DNA from: Actinomycetota bacterium
Lineage (GTDB): Bacteria; Actinomycetota; UBA4738; HRBIN12
Reading direction: 5' to 3'
Length of the DNA stretch: 60,914 nucleotides
NCBI GenBank assembly: GCA_038211015.1
Contig: JBBQVZ010000001.1
Span: forward strand, 1-60,914
Below the pieces are notes generated by a model, which was given only the letters and a program-made list of their open reading frames with translations, made no database searches and was not told the DNA's origin. Position 1 is the stretch's first letter; each line of letters opens with the position of its first letter. Positions 37,124-46,620 of this stretch are shown here, one piece after another. Both the position numbers and the translations under genes were made by a program.

Positions 37124-37812
37124 TCGCCGACGACCTCGTCGTCTCCGATCGCGTGGTCGCATGTGCGCTCGAAGCATGCGATCACCGTTCGCATGGCCAC
37201 CTCGGGGTCGTCGGTCACGGAGACGAGCCGGAGGTCGTCGGGGGCGATCAGACCGTCGTGCAGCAGGTCGCCTCTCCACCACGTCAGCTGCGGCGCCCAG
37301 TGATCGCTGCCGAACAGCACCACCGGGAAGTGACGGATCACGCCGGTCTGGATCAGCGTCAGTGATTCGTACAGCTCATCCAGCGTGCCGAACCCACCGG
37401 GGAACACGACGAATCCCTCCGCCGCTTTCACGAACATCGTCTTGCGCGCGTAGAAGTGGGAGAACTCGAGCGCGATGTCGATGTATCCGTTGTCCCCTTG
37501 TTCATGCGGCAGCCGGATGTTGAAGCCCACGGAGAGCCCGCCGGCCTCTCGGCACCCGCGGTTGGCGGCCTCCATGATCCCGGGACCGCCCCCGGTGACC
37601 ACGGCCCATCCTTGTTCGGCGAACGCACGGCCGGTGGCGGTCGCGAGCTCGTACGAAGGATCGCTCGCGAGGATGCGAGCGGAGCCGAAGATGGAGACCG
37701 CCGGACGGTCGATGCGGTTCACGGTCTCGAACCCTCGACGGAACTCCTCGGCGATGTCCGCGACCTGACGCCCGATCTTGCCGTCGCGCTGCAGGATCTC
37801 GCGATCGTCCAC
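37120..37812 (-). CDS. LOG-family (TIGR00730) nucleotide phosphoribohydrolase
   Basis: GGGPGIMEA and PGGFGTLDE motifs. Start tentatively the GTG at 37812. Confidence 0.85.
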   Translation of the reverse strand: MDDREILQRDGKIGRQVADIAEEFRRGFETVNRIDRPAVSIFGSARILASDPSYELATATGRAFAEQGWAVVTGGGPGIMEAANRGCREAGGLSVGFNIRLPHEQGDNGYIDIALEFSHFYARKTMFVKAAEGFVVFPGGFGTLDELYESLTLIQTGVIRHFPVVLFGSDHWAPQLTWWRGDLLHDGLIAPDDLRLVSVTDDPEVAMRTVIACFERTCDHAIGDDEVVGE

Positions 37813-37870
37813 GCGGCCAGTGTGGGTGCCGGGTGGACCAGCGACAAGCGGCCCCTGGAGGAAGATGCGC

Positions 37871-37897
37871 GAAGGCCCGCGGGAACCGCGGGCCTTC
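37871..37897. terminator. perfect 12-bp stem / 3-nt loop hairpin
   Basis: GAAGGCCCGCGG-GAA-CCGCGGGCCTTC, inside the 270-nt non-coding gap. Confidence 0.45.
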
Positions 37898-38045
37898 GGC
37901 CTTGAGGAAGAGGATGTCTGAGCCTCCGTCTCGCGACGTGGGCCGGGGCACCCGTCCGCTGATTGTCGCATCGCTCGCGGCGCCGGTCCCTAGTCCGAAC
38001 GTCGCAACCACCACCGACGAAGGTCGGACGATGGTGCGAACCTGG

Positions 38046-38074
38046 ATCGGCCCGGCACGGGCACCCGGGCCGAT
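38046..38074 (-). terminator. 10-bp stem-loop 8 nt after the SBP gene stop
   Basis: ATCGGCCCGG-CACGGGCAC-CCGGGCCGAT. No clear U tract, which is common in high-GC genomes. Confidence 0.5.
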
Positions 38075-38082
38075 CCCGTTCG

Positions 38083-39729
38083 CTACGACGTGAACCCGAC
38101 GTCCTCCATGCGAAGCTCGAGCGTCGCGTTCACGGTGGACCCGGTGACGTTCGGGTTCATCAGGTAGTTGATGGTTTCGAAATGCGCGTAGATGATCGGC
38201 GCGTCGTCGAACACGATCTGCCGGATCTGTTGGTATAGCCCGCTCCTCGTGGCGTCGTCCATCTCGACCCGCGCCTGATCGATCAGGTCGTCGACCGCCG
38301 GGTTCGAGTAGGACGTCGTGTTGATGGCTCCTCCGCTCCGAACGACCAGGGCGTAGAAGTTGTCGGGGTCGATCGTGCGCTCCTGGTACGCCGACGTGAT
38401 CTGGTATTCGCCCTTGACGAACGCGTCGAACCAGATCGAGACGTCGACCTGTTTGATGTTCATGGTGATGCCGACCTGCTTCAGCTGTTCACGCACGACC
38501 TGCCCCGTCTTCAGCAGCTCGGGGTACTGGGGAAGGCCGAGGTACTCGACCGTGAGGCCGTCGCCGAACCCGGCCTGTTGCAGCAGCCCTCTCGCCTTGT
38601 CCAGGTCGGGGGTGACCTGGGGGGTCCCGTCGTACCAGGTGGAGCCCGTCGGGACCTCCTCGATGCCTACCTCGCCGGCGCCCGAGTACGCGACGTCGCG
38701 GATCTGGGTGCGGTCGATGGCCCAATACACCGCCTGCCGGACGAGCTTGTCGTCGAACGGCGCGATCGCGGTGTTCAGCGCTAGGTAGTCCGGGATGCCC
38801 GCCGTAGCCGACGTGACGTACGTGTACGAAGGATCGGTCGAGAGCGACGCGAGACTCTGCAAGGGCACCGCGTCAACCCAGTCGAGCTCGCTCCCGCTCA
38901 ACCCGTCGATCCGCCCCTGATCCACCAGCAGGAACCGGAACTCGATCCCGTCCAGGTACGGCTTGCCTTCCTTGAAGTACCCGTCGAACTTCTCGAGCGT
39001 AACGTGATCGCCCTGGACCCACTCCACGAACTTGAAGGGTCCGGTGCCGACGGGGTTGCGTGCGGGATCGGCCGACTCCACCGCCTTCTGGTTCACGATC
39101 TCGCCGTTGTTCGCCAGGTTCGACAGGAACGGTCCGAACGGCGTCTTCAGGTGGAAGACCGCCTGGGTCGGAGATACGACCTCGACGCTCTTCATCACGT
39201 CATAGAGCGGCGAGTAGGAGCTCGCCGTCTTGGGATCCAGGATGCGCTCGAACGTGTACTTCACGTCCTCCGCGCTGAACGCCTCGCCGTTGTGGAACAT
39301 GGCGTTGTCCACCAGGTTGAACACCCACGTCGTGTCGTCGTCGGCGCTCCAATCCGTGGCCAGGACGCCCACGAACGAACCGTCGGTGTCGATGTCGATG
39401 AGCTTGCTGAAGATGTTGTCGTAGACCTGCGCGCCCGTGTAGATCGTGGACGTCGCGGGGTCGAGCGTGTCCGGCTCCCCGGTGAGCGCGGCCTTCAACG
39501 TGCCGCCCGGCTTGATCGCACCCGTATCGGTGCTGCCGCTCGGGCCGGTGGCAGCCGTGTCGCTGTCCTTGGAGCACGCGGCGAGTACCGCTCCGAGGCT
39601 TGTCGAGGCGAGCGCGACGGCGCTGAACCCGCCGGCCCGCCGCAGGAAGTCGCGCCGTGACAGGTCGCCGCGGAGGAACCCGCGCGCGAGTGACTCGGCC
39701 ATCATCTGTTCGTTCTTGTCCGGCTTCAT
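38083..39729 (-). CDS. ABC transporter substrate-binding lipoprotein, family 5 (peptide/nickel type), Tat-type signal
   Basis: SRRDFLRRAG twin-arginine motif followed by LAAC. Family-5 SBP body. GGGAGGGA RBS. Confidence 0.85.
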   Translation of the reverse strand: MKPDKNEQMMAESLARGFLRGDLSRRDFLRRAGGFSAVALASTSLGAVLAACSKDSDTAATGPSGSTDTGAIKPGGTLKAALTGEPDTLDPATSTIYTGAQVYDNIFSKLIDIDTDGSFVGVLATDWSADDDTTWVFNLVDNAMFHNGEAFSAEDVKYTFERILDPKTASSYSPLYDVMKSVEVVSPTQAVFHLKTPFGPFLSNLANNGEIVNQKAVESADPARNPVGTGPFKFVEWVQGDHVTLEKFDGYFKEGKPYLDGIEFRFLLVDQGRIDGLSGSELDWVDAVPLQSLASLSTDPSYTYVTSATAGIPDYLALNTAIAPFDDKLVRQAVYWAIDRTQIRDVAYSGAGEVGIEEVPTGSTWYDGTPQVTPDLDKARGLLQQAGFGDGLTVEYLGLPQYPELLKTGQVVREQLKQVGITMNIKQVDVSIWFDAFVKGEYQITSAYQERTIDPDNFYALVVRSGGAINTTSYSNPAVDDLIDQARVEMDDATRSGLYQQIRQIVFDDAPIIYAHFETINYLMNPNVTGSTVNATLELRMEDVGFTS

Positions 39730-39751
39730 GTCTTCCCTCCCTCTCACCGGC

Positions 39752-40552
39752 TCACGCGCGGTGCTTGTCCAGGTACGAAAGGAACGTTGTGTTGAACGCC
39801 GACGGCTGCTCCCATATGCAGGCGTGACCGCCCGTGGTGGTCGCCCAATCGGCGCCGGGGATCGACGCATGGAGCTGCTTCGACAACCTGACCGGGATGA
39901 GGATGTCCTCCTCGCCCGCGAGGACCAGCGTCGGAATCGTGACGGAGCCCAGCCGGTCGGTGGTGTCGTGTGTCTGGATCACGCTGAGCTGCGCGAGGTA
40001 GGCTTCGGTGGACATCGCCAGCTCGGCCATGCCCGCCTCGAACTCCTTGAGCTCGCCCTCCCGCTCCTCGAAGAACGGGACGGTGAAGGCCCACAGCGTC
40101 ACGTCGCGCATGATGAACGGCACGCCGTTCACCGGCGCCATGTCCGCCCACATAGAGAACATCCGTGAGCAGAACGGGCCCGGCGCCGCGTACGTGCACG
40201 CCAGGGTCACCGTCTTGAGGTCGCCCCCGAAGTTGATGGCGTACTCCTGGGCGATCATGCCGCCCATCGAGACGCCCATCATGTGGAACCCGCGGAGGCC
40301 GAGCTCGTCGACGAGCGCCTTGGCGTCCTCGGCGAGCATGCGGCTGGTGTACGGGCCCGGCGGCGCGCTCGTATGCCCCACGCCTCGGTTGTCGAACCGC
40401 AGGACGCGGTAGCCCGCCCCCAACAGGTCGTCCATCTGGAAGGCCCAGGTCTCGAGATCGTCCGCGAGACCGTTCACCAGCACGATGGTCTCGTCGCCGT
40501 CGCCTTCGAGCCGGTAGTTGATCTCGATGCCATTCACCTGTGCGGTCGACAC
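39752..40552 (-). CDS. alpha/beta hydrolase
   Basis: VLVNGL..FDNRGVGHT, nucleophile elbow GVSMGG. GTG at 40552 preceded by AAAGGAAGGA. An alternative ATG at 40594 would overlap the upstream gene by 14 nt. Confidence 0.8.
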   Translation of the reverse strand: MSTAQVNGIEINYRLEGDGDETIVLVNGLADDLETWAFQMDDLLGAGYRVLRFDNRGVGHTSAPPGPYTSRMLAEDAKALVDELGLRGFHMMGVSMGGMIAQEYAINFGGDLKTVTLACTYAAPGPFCSRMFSMWADMAPVNGVPFIMRDVTLWAFTVPFFEEREGELKEFEAGMAELAMSTEAYLAQLSVIQTHDTTDRLGSVTIPTLVLAGEEDILIPVRLSKQLHASIPGADWATTTGGHACIWEQPSAFNTTFLSYLDKHRA

Positions 40553-40580
40553 GTTCCTTCCTTTCTGGTCTCTTGGCTCT

Positions 40581-41609
40581 TTAGGCCGGCTCATGCAGCC
40601 GGGCTCGAGCAACGTGGCATGCGGCCAGGTGGCCGCCGCCGAAGTCCGTCATCTGCGGGTCGTCGTCCGTGCACCTCGCGATCGCGACCGGGCAACGCGT
40701 GTGGAACCGGCACCCCGACGGTGGAGAGATCGGACTGGGGATCTCTCCCACCAGTTCCGCCGGGCGGAGGCGGCGCGAGGGGTCGGGCACGGGGATCGCC
40801 TCCAGCAGCGCTTTCGTGTAGGGGTGTTGCGGGTCGCCGAACACGGCCTCGGTCGCTCCGGTCTCCACGATCCGGCCCAGATACATCACGGCGACGCGGT
40901 GGCTGATGTGGCGGACCACCGAAAGGTCGTGCGCGACGAACAGGATCGCGAGACCGAGTTCGCGCTGGAGCTGCGCGAGCAGGTTCAGCACCTGCGCCTG
41001 CACCGAGACGTCCAGCGCCGAGACGGGCTCGTCCGCCACGATCAGCGCGGGGGAGGGGGCGAGCGCGGCGGCGATCCCCACGCGCTGCCGCTGCCCTCCC
41101 GACAGCTCGTGCGGGCGACGATCCGCGAGCGAACCCTGCAGACCCACGCGGTCCAACAGGTCGGCGACGCGCGCCGCGCGGTCTTCCTTCGTGCCGACCG
41201 CCTGGGCGTCGAGGGCTTCGCGCACGCTCCGCCCGACCGTCCACCGCGGGTCGAGCGAGCTGAACGGATCTTGGAACACGGGCTGGACGCGCCGCCGAAG
41301 CACGTCGAGGCCCCTGCCGCGGGCACGCGTGACGTCGACGCCGTCGAACTCGATACGTCCCGCGGTGGGCTCGATCAGCCGGAGGATGCAGCGAGCGAGC
41401 GTGCTCTTGCCCGATCCGGACTCGCCGACCACCGCGAGCACCTCACCCGGCGCCACATCGAGATCGACGCCTTCCACGGCGTGGAGTTGGTCGGCGCGAC
41501 GGAACAGGCCGGATCGCACGGGGAACCGCTTCACCAGCCCCTCGACCCGGAGCAGCGGGCGGTCCTGTCTCGCGACACCCGGTGTCGGCTGCACGGCGAT
41601 CGCGCTCAT
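40581..41609 (-). CDS. ABC transporter ATP-binding protein (DppF/OppF-like)
   Basis: Walker A GESGSGKST, signature LSGGQRQR, Walker B ALIVADEP, C-terminal oligopeptide-type Cys motif. ATGA overlap with the upstream gene. Confidence 0.9.
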   Translation of the reverse strand: MSAIAVQPTPGVARQDRPLLRVEGLVKRFPVRSGLFRRADQLHAVEGVDLDVAPGEVLAVVGESGSGKSTLARCILRLIEPTAGRIEFDGVDVTRARGRGLDVLRRRVQPVFQDPFSSLDPRWTVGRSVREALDAQAVGTKEDRAARVADLLDRVGLQGSLADRRPHELSGGQRQRVGIAAALAPSPALIVADEPVSALDVSVQAQVLNLLAQLQRELGLAILFVAHDLSVVRHISHRVAVMYLGRIVETGATEAVFGDPQHPYTKALLEAIPVPDPSRRLRPAELVGEIPSPISPPSGCRFHTRCPVAIARCTDDDPQMTDFGGGHLAACHVARARLHEPA

Positions 41610-42628
41610 GCGCTCGCTCCCTCTGCGGAGCCGGCCGGCTCGAGCGGGCCCTCGCCCCCGGCCGCGCGCGTCGCGTTCGACAGCCAGCACGCGACCCGGT
41701 GGTCTCCGGGCTCCGTGGCGAGCGGCGGCACGCGGTCGCATTCGTCCATGCGGTGCGGGCATCGCGGCGCGAACCGGCAGCCCGGCGGGGGGTCCGTCAG
41801 ATCGGGAACCCGCCCCTCGATCACGCGGAGCGCTCCGCGTTCCTGGCCGGCGGTGGGCAGCGCGGCGAGGAGCGCCTGCGTGTAGGGATGGAGCGGCGCC
41901 CGGAAGATCTCCTCCGTGGGTGCGACCTCGACGAGCTGGCCGGCGTACATCACGCCGACGCGATCGCAGAGCTGGGCGACCACGCCAAGGTCGTGCGTGA
42001 TGAGCAGGATCGTGGTGTGGTGCGCGCGCCGGAGGTCCCGGAGCAGGTCGAGGATCTGGGACTGGATCGTAACGTCCAGGGCCGTCGTCGGTTCGTCGGC
42101 GATCAGCAGCGCCGGCTCGTTGGCGAGCGCCGTCGCGATGACCACCCGTTGGCGCATGCCGCCGGACAGGCGGTGGGGCGGATCGCCGTAGCGTCGTTCG
42201 GGCTCGGGGATGCCGACATCCGTGAGGAGGCGGAGCGCGTTCGCGCGGGCGGCTCGCCGATCGATCGGCCGGTGGGCCCGGATCGTCTCGGCGACCTGGC
42301 TCCCGACCGAGAAGCACGGGTCGAGCGACGTCATCGGGTCCTGGAACACCATGCTGACGCGATCGCCCCGCAACGTCCGCATGTCCTCGTCGGACAAGCC
42401 GGCGAGATCTCGGCCCTGGAAGCGGATCGTGCCGCGAACGTCGGCCGTCCCGGGAAGCAATCCCATCAGCGCGAGCGCGAGCGTCGTCTTCCCGCATCCG
42501 GATTCCCCGACCAGGCCGAAGATCTCGCCTTCCGCGATCTCGAGCGACACGTCGCTCACCGCCGACACGTCCGCCGACGCGATCCGGAAGTCCACGTCGA
42601 GGTTGTCGATCTGCAGGAGCGCGGTCAC
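41606..42628 (-). CDS. ABC transporter ATP-binding protein (DppD/OppD-like)
   Basis: [17 protein letters not shown] and [16 protein letters not shown] overlap. Confidence 0.9.
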   Translation of the reverse strand: MTALLQIDNLDVDFRIASADVSAVSDVSLEIAEGEIFGLVGESGCGKTTLALALMGLLPGTADVRGTIRFQGRDLAGLSDEDMRTLRGDRVSMVFQDPMTSLDPCFSVGSQVAETIRAHRPIDRRAARANALRLLTDVGIPEPERRYGDPPHRLSGGMRQRVVIATALANEPALLIADEPTTALDVTIQSQILDLLRDLRRAHHTTILLITHDLGVVAQLCDRVGVMYAGQLVEVAPTEEIFRAPLHPYTQALLAALPTAGQERGALRVIEGRVPDLTDPPPGCRFAPRCPHRMDECDRVPPLATEPGDHRVACWLSNATRAAGGEGPLEPAGSAEGASA

Positions 42629-43491
42629 CTCGTCACCCCGCGGGGGTCGAGGCGCTCGCGGAGACCGTCGCCGATCAGGTTGAACGCCAGCACCGTGATC
42701 GCGATCGCGAGCCCGGGGAAGATCTCGACCCACGGCGCCTGCGTGAGCACGTCGCGCCCGTCGGCGAGCATCACGCCGAGCGACGGCGTGGGCGGCTGTG
42801 CGCCCAGGCCCAGGAACGACAGCGCCGCCTCGATCTGGAGCGCGAACCCCATCAGGACGCTCGCCTGGACGATGGCGGGCCCGATGGCGTTCGGCGTTAC
42901 GTGCCGCGTGACGATCCGCGGGGACGAGGCACCGCGGGCGCGGGCGGCTTCGATGAACGTCTGCGACGTCACCACCAAAGTCGAGCTGCGGATGACGCGA
43001 GCGAGGATCGGCACGTAGATCACGGAGATCGCCAGGAGCGCGATCAGGCTGCCCGGACCCACGATCGCGATCAGTGCGATCGCGAGCAGCAACGCCGGCA
43101 GCGCCAGCAGCATGTCGACCGGTCGCATGATCAAGGTGTCGATCCAGCCGCCGCGGTACCCCGCGATGAGGCCGAGCGGGATGCCGACGACGAACGCGAG
43201 GACGACCGACCCCACGGCGACCGAGAGCGAGACGCGGAACGAGAAGATCACGCGCGAGAGCACGTCGCGACCCAGCGCGTCCGAACCGAACGGGTGGGTG
43301 AGGCTCAGCCCGCGGAGCACCCGTCCGGACTCGATCGCGTCCGGGTCGTGCGGGGCCAGCAGCGGGGCGAGGATCGCGACCAGGACGAGAACGCCCAGGA
43401 TCGCCAGGCCGATGCGGGCCTTCCGGCGGCCGGGATCGACCGTCAGATCGCGCCGGAGGGCGGCGGGGGCGGTGGCCGAGATGGCGCTCAC
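42625..43491 (-). CDS. ABC transporter permease (DppC-like)
   Basis: EAARA.GAS EAA-loop and multiple TM helices. GTGA overlap. Confidence 0.85.
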   Translation of the reverse strand: MSAISATAPAALRRDLTVDPGRRKARIGLAILGVLVLVAILAPLLAPHDPDAIESGRVLRGLSLTHPFGSDALGRDVLSRVIFSFRVSLSVAVGSVVLAFVVGIPLGLIAGYRGGWIDTLIMRPVDMLLALPALLLAIALIAIVGPGSLIALLAISVIYVPILARVIRSSTLVVTSQTFIEAARARGASSPRIVTRHVTPNAIGPAIVQASVLMGFALQIEAALSFLGLGAQPPTPSLGVMLADGRDVLTQAPWVEIFPGLAIAITVLAFNLIGDGLRERLDPRGVTR

Positions 43492-44447
43492 GCCGTCTGC
43501 CCTTCCTCGACGCGGGGGTCGACCAGTCCGACGAGCACGTCGGTGAGGAGCGTCACCACGACGAACAGGGTCGCCACCACGAGGACCCCGCCCTGCACGA
43601 CCGTGTAGTTGCGCTGGTTGATCGCGGTGACGACGAGCCTGCCGATCCCCGGCAGGGCGAAGAGGTACTCGATCACGATCGCTCCGCCGAGCAGGACACC
43701 GAACTGGATGCCGACGACCGTGACGATCGGGACGGCGGCATTGCGTAGCGTGTGACGGAACACGATCGAGGCTTCCGAGAGCCCTCGAGCCCGTGCGAAC
43801 AGCACGAACGGCGTGCTGAGCGTCGCCTCCATGGCCCCGCGGGTGGTCCGCAGGATGTACGCGGCCTCGCCGAACGCGAGCGTGACGACCGGCAGGGCCA
43901 TGTATCGCAGGTTCTGCACCGGGTCTTCCAGGAACGGCACGTACCCGGAGGGCGGCAGCACCTGCATGATCCCCGCGAACAACAGGACGAGCATGATGCC
44001 GAGCCAGAAGTCCGGGATCGAGATCCCCGCGATCACGAACCCCTCGGTGAGCCGTCGCACCACGCTCGGCCTGGCTGCTGCGAGCACGCCGAGCGGCACG
44101 CCGACCACGATCGCGAGCGTCATGGAGAGCGACGTCAGCTCGATCGTCACGGGAAGTCGTTGCGCGAGCAGCGTGGCGACCGGCGTGTGGCTGATGAAGT
44201 CCTGACCCAGGTCGCCATGCAGGATCCCGCCCAGCCACCGGGTGTACTGCGCGAACAGCGGCTGATCGAGCCCGAGCGTGTCGCGCACCTGTGCCACGTT
44301 CTCGGGCGTCGCCCGGAACCCGAGCATCGTCCTGACGGGATCGCCCGGGACGAGGTGGATCATCAGGAAGACGAACGCGCTCATGGCGAGCAACACCGGC
44401 ACGGCGAGCACGAGGCGGCGCACGATGAAACGCGCCCGCGTGTTCAC
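43488..44447 (-). CDS. ABC transporter permease (DppB-like)
   Basis: FIVRRL..PGDP N-terminus, ARARG EAA-like loop. GTGA overlap. Confidence 0.85.
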   Translation of the reverse strand: MNTRARFIVRRLVLAVPVLLAMSAFVFLMIHLVPGDPVRTMLGFRATPENVAQVRDTLGLDQPLFAQYTRWLGGILHGDLGQDFISHTPVATLLAQRLPVTIELTSLSMTLAIVVGVPLGVLAAARPSVVRRLTEGFVIAGISIPDFWLGIMLVLLFAGIMQVLPPSGYVPFLEDPVQNLRYMALPVVTLAFGEAAYILRTTRGAMEATLSTPFVLFARARGLSEASIVFRHTLRNAAVPIVTVVGIQFGVLLGGAIVIEYLFALPGIGRLVVTAINQRNYTVVQGGVLVVATLFVVVTLLTDVLVGLVDPRVEEGQTA

Positions 44448-45241
44448 GTCGCGGCCCCCCGGTCTTCGTCGATCGTCTTCCGTAGCTCGCGGAGCACCGA
44501 CTCCGTGAGCGCGAAGTGCGAGCGCGCGACGGCCGCGGCGGCGTCCGCGTCGCCCTCGCTCACCGCGTCCGCCAACGATGCGTGATGCTCGATCGCGCGC
44601 TCACGGATCTGCGCGCTGTACGGCTCGGCGCCGAAGCCGAGACTGATCTCGCTCCGGATCAGTCCGCTCAGGTTCGCCAGGAAGGGGTTCTGCGTCGCGT
44701 GCGCGATCGCGGCATGCAACGCCTCGTCGGCCGCTCGCGAGGCCTCGCGGTCGGTTCCGGCCGCCCTGTAGGCGTCGAGCGTCGCGCGGATCCGCGCGAC
44801 GTCCTCGTCGGTCCTGCGTTCGGCCGCCGTCCGGGCGATCAACGGTTCCATCAGTTGGCGGAAGTCGAACAACCGCTCGAAGCGGTCCCACCCGGGCAAC
44901 AGCGTGCGGCGGATCATGTCCGCCGCGTCCGGTCCCCAGCCCTGCAGAACGAACGCCCCACCGTTGCGGCCGCGCCGCACGTCGACGTATCCGAGCGCCG
45001 CGAGCCGCTGGACGGCCTCCCGCACCGTGCTCCGGCTGACGTTCAGCATCGAGGCGAGGTCGCGTTCGGTCGGCAGCCGCTGCCCGGGGACGAACTCACC
45101 CAGGGCGATCGCCGTGACGATCCGGTCCGCGATGTGTTCGCCGGCGCTCCGCATGCGAACCGGTTCGAGGATCGTCGGCGCGCCGGGTGGATCGGGCGGC
45201 TCGGGCGCCAACCAGCGTTCCTCGGGATCGTGGAGCGTCAC
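44444..45241 (-). CDS. GntR-family (FadR/FCD subfamily) transcriptional regulator
   Basis: LPTERDLASMLNVSRSTVREAVQRLAALGYVDVRRG wHTH and a helical FCD-like C-terminus. GTGA overlap at both ends. Confidence 0.85.
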   Translation of the reverse strand: MTLHDPEERWLAPEPPDPPGAPTILEPVRMRSAGEHIADRIVTAIALGEFVPGQRLPTERDLASMLNVSRSTVREAVQRLAALGYVDVRRGRNGGAFVLQGWGPDAADMIRRTLLPGWDRFERLFDFRQLMEPLIARTAAERRTDEDVARIRATLDAYRAAGTDREASRAADEALHAAIAHATQNPFLANLSGLIRSEISLGFGAEPYSAQIRERAIEHHASLADAVSEGDADAAAAVARSHFALTESVLRELRKTIDEDRGAAT

Positions 45242-46524
45242 GGGCTCTCCTCAGGCCTCGCGTACCACGCCGACACGAACCGGGCCAGGGTCCGGGCGCC
45301 GTCGACGATGCTGGCGAGATCGACCGCCTCGTCGGTCCCGTGGATGTTCCTCGCGATCGGGCCGTAGCAGATGGCGGGCGTGTCGTATCCGTTCAGGAAG
45401 TAGCGCGCGTCGGTCGTGCTGCCCGCCCCGACCGCGTGGGGACGCGTACCGTGAGCCGCCTCATGGGCGTCGGCGAGCGCGATGGCGAGCGGATGGTCCG
45501 CCGCGAGCGAATACCCCTGAGCGCGGAACCCCGTCGGACGGATCGAGATCGGATGCTCGGTGAGCCAGCGGTCGTCGCGGGTGGCCTCCTCGATCGCGGC
45601 TCGCACCCGTTCCTGGGCTTCGCTCGCCGTCCACGCGGTGGGATGACCGACCCTGACGTCCAGCCGCGCGATCGCCGGAACGCTCGACGCCCAGTCGCCC
45701 GCGCGGATCATGCCGACGTTGACGTTGTAGGGATGGTCGTCCCCCTCGAGCGCCGGATCGTCCACGTGGTCGTTCATCTCCCGCTCGAGCCTCCCCAGCG
45801 CTCCGATCACCGGGATCGACGAGTCGATGGGGTTGACCGCTCGGTTCGCCGACTGCGCGTGCGCCGCCTTGCCGGTGAGCACGATCTGGAGCCAGAGGAT
45901 CCCCACGCCCGCCACGAGGAGGTCGAGGTCGGTCGGCTCGGTCAGCACGACCGCGTCCGCGAGCTGTCCGGCGAGGCAGGCCGCTAGCGCGCCGTTGCCC
46001 GTGCATTCCTCCTCGATCACGCTCAGGAAGCGCAGGGGTCCGCCGATCGCGTCGGGAGCCACTCTGCGGAGGGCGTCGATCGCGAGCGAGATCATGGCGA
46101 AACCGGCCTTCATGTCGCCGGCGCCACGTCCGATCAGCCACCCGCCGCGGCGGGTCGGGACGAAGGGGTCGCTCGACCACGGACCGGTTTCCTCCGCCGG
46201 GACGACGTCGATGTGGCCACCGACGAGGAGCGACCGGCCCTCGTCGGGCCCGAGGACGCCGACCACGTTCTCGCGACCGTCGTACGGCAGCAGCGGGATG
46301 CCGGCCCCGTCGTGCTGTTCGATGTCCGCCGGGATCGGGAGCCGACCCACATAGAACCCCAACCGCTCGAGCTCGTCGGCGACCACCGCTTGCGCCGAGG
46401 CCTCGGCGCCCAGGACGCTCGGCTCGGCCACGAGCCGTTCCAGGAACAGGAACGCTCGCTCGGCGTCAGCGTCGATCGCCCGGTCGACCGCGTCCATGTC
46501 GACCGGGGACCCCGTCGGAGTCAA
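45238..46524 (-). CDS. M20-family deacylase (ArgE/DapE/ACY1-like)
   Basis: LVGGHIDVVP and GRGAGDMKAG motifs. TTG start at 46524, or ATG at 46497. Confidence 0.8.
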   Translation of the reverse strand: MTPTGSPVDMDAVDRAIDADAERAFLFLERLVAEPSVLGAEASAQAVVADELERLGFYVGRLPIPADIEQHDGAGIPLLPYDGRENVVGVLGPDEGRSLLVGGHIDVVPAEETGPWSSDPFVPTRRGGWLIGRGAGDMKAGFAMISLAIDALRRVAPDAIGGPLRFLSVIEEECTGNGALAACLAGQLADAVVLTEPTDLDLLVAGVGILWLQIVLTGKAAHAQSANRAVNPIDSSIPVIGALGRLEREMNDHVDDPALEGDDHPYNVNVGMIRAGDWASSVPAIARLDVRVGHPTAWTASEAQERVRAAIEEATRDDRWLTEHPISIRPTGFRAQGYSLAADHPLAIALADAHEAAHGTRPHAVGAGSTTDARYFLNGYDTPAICYGPIARNIHGTDEAVDLASIVDGARTLARFVSAWYARPEESP

Positions 46525-46620
46525 TGGTTGAATGTCCAGTCCAAATGCTCCTTTTCGCGGAGGCTACACCCGACGTCAAGGCAACGAGGGGCATTCGCAA
46601 GGCTGTCCGGCACGGCGGCG

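Noticed and set aside
37833-38093. 86-aa ORF in the SBP-LOG gap.
   Set aside because: It has a poor GC3 pattern, a Pro/Arg/Gly-rich sequence and no RBS. It overlaps the hairpins and the SBP stop.
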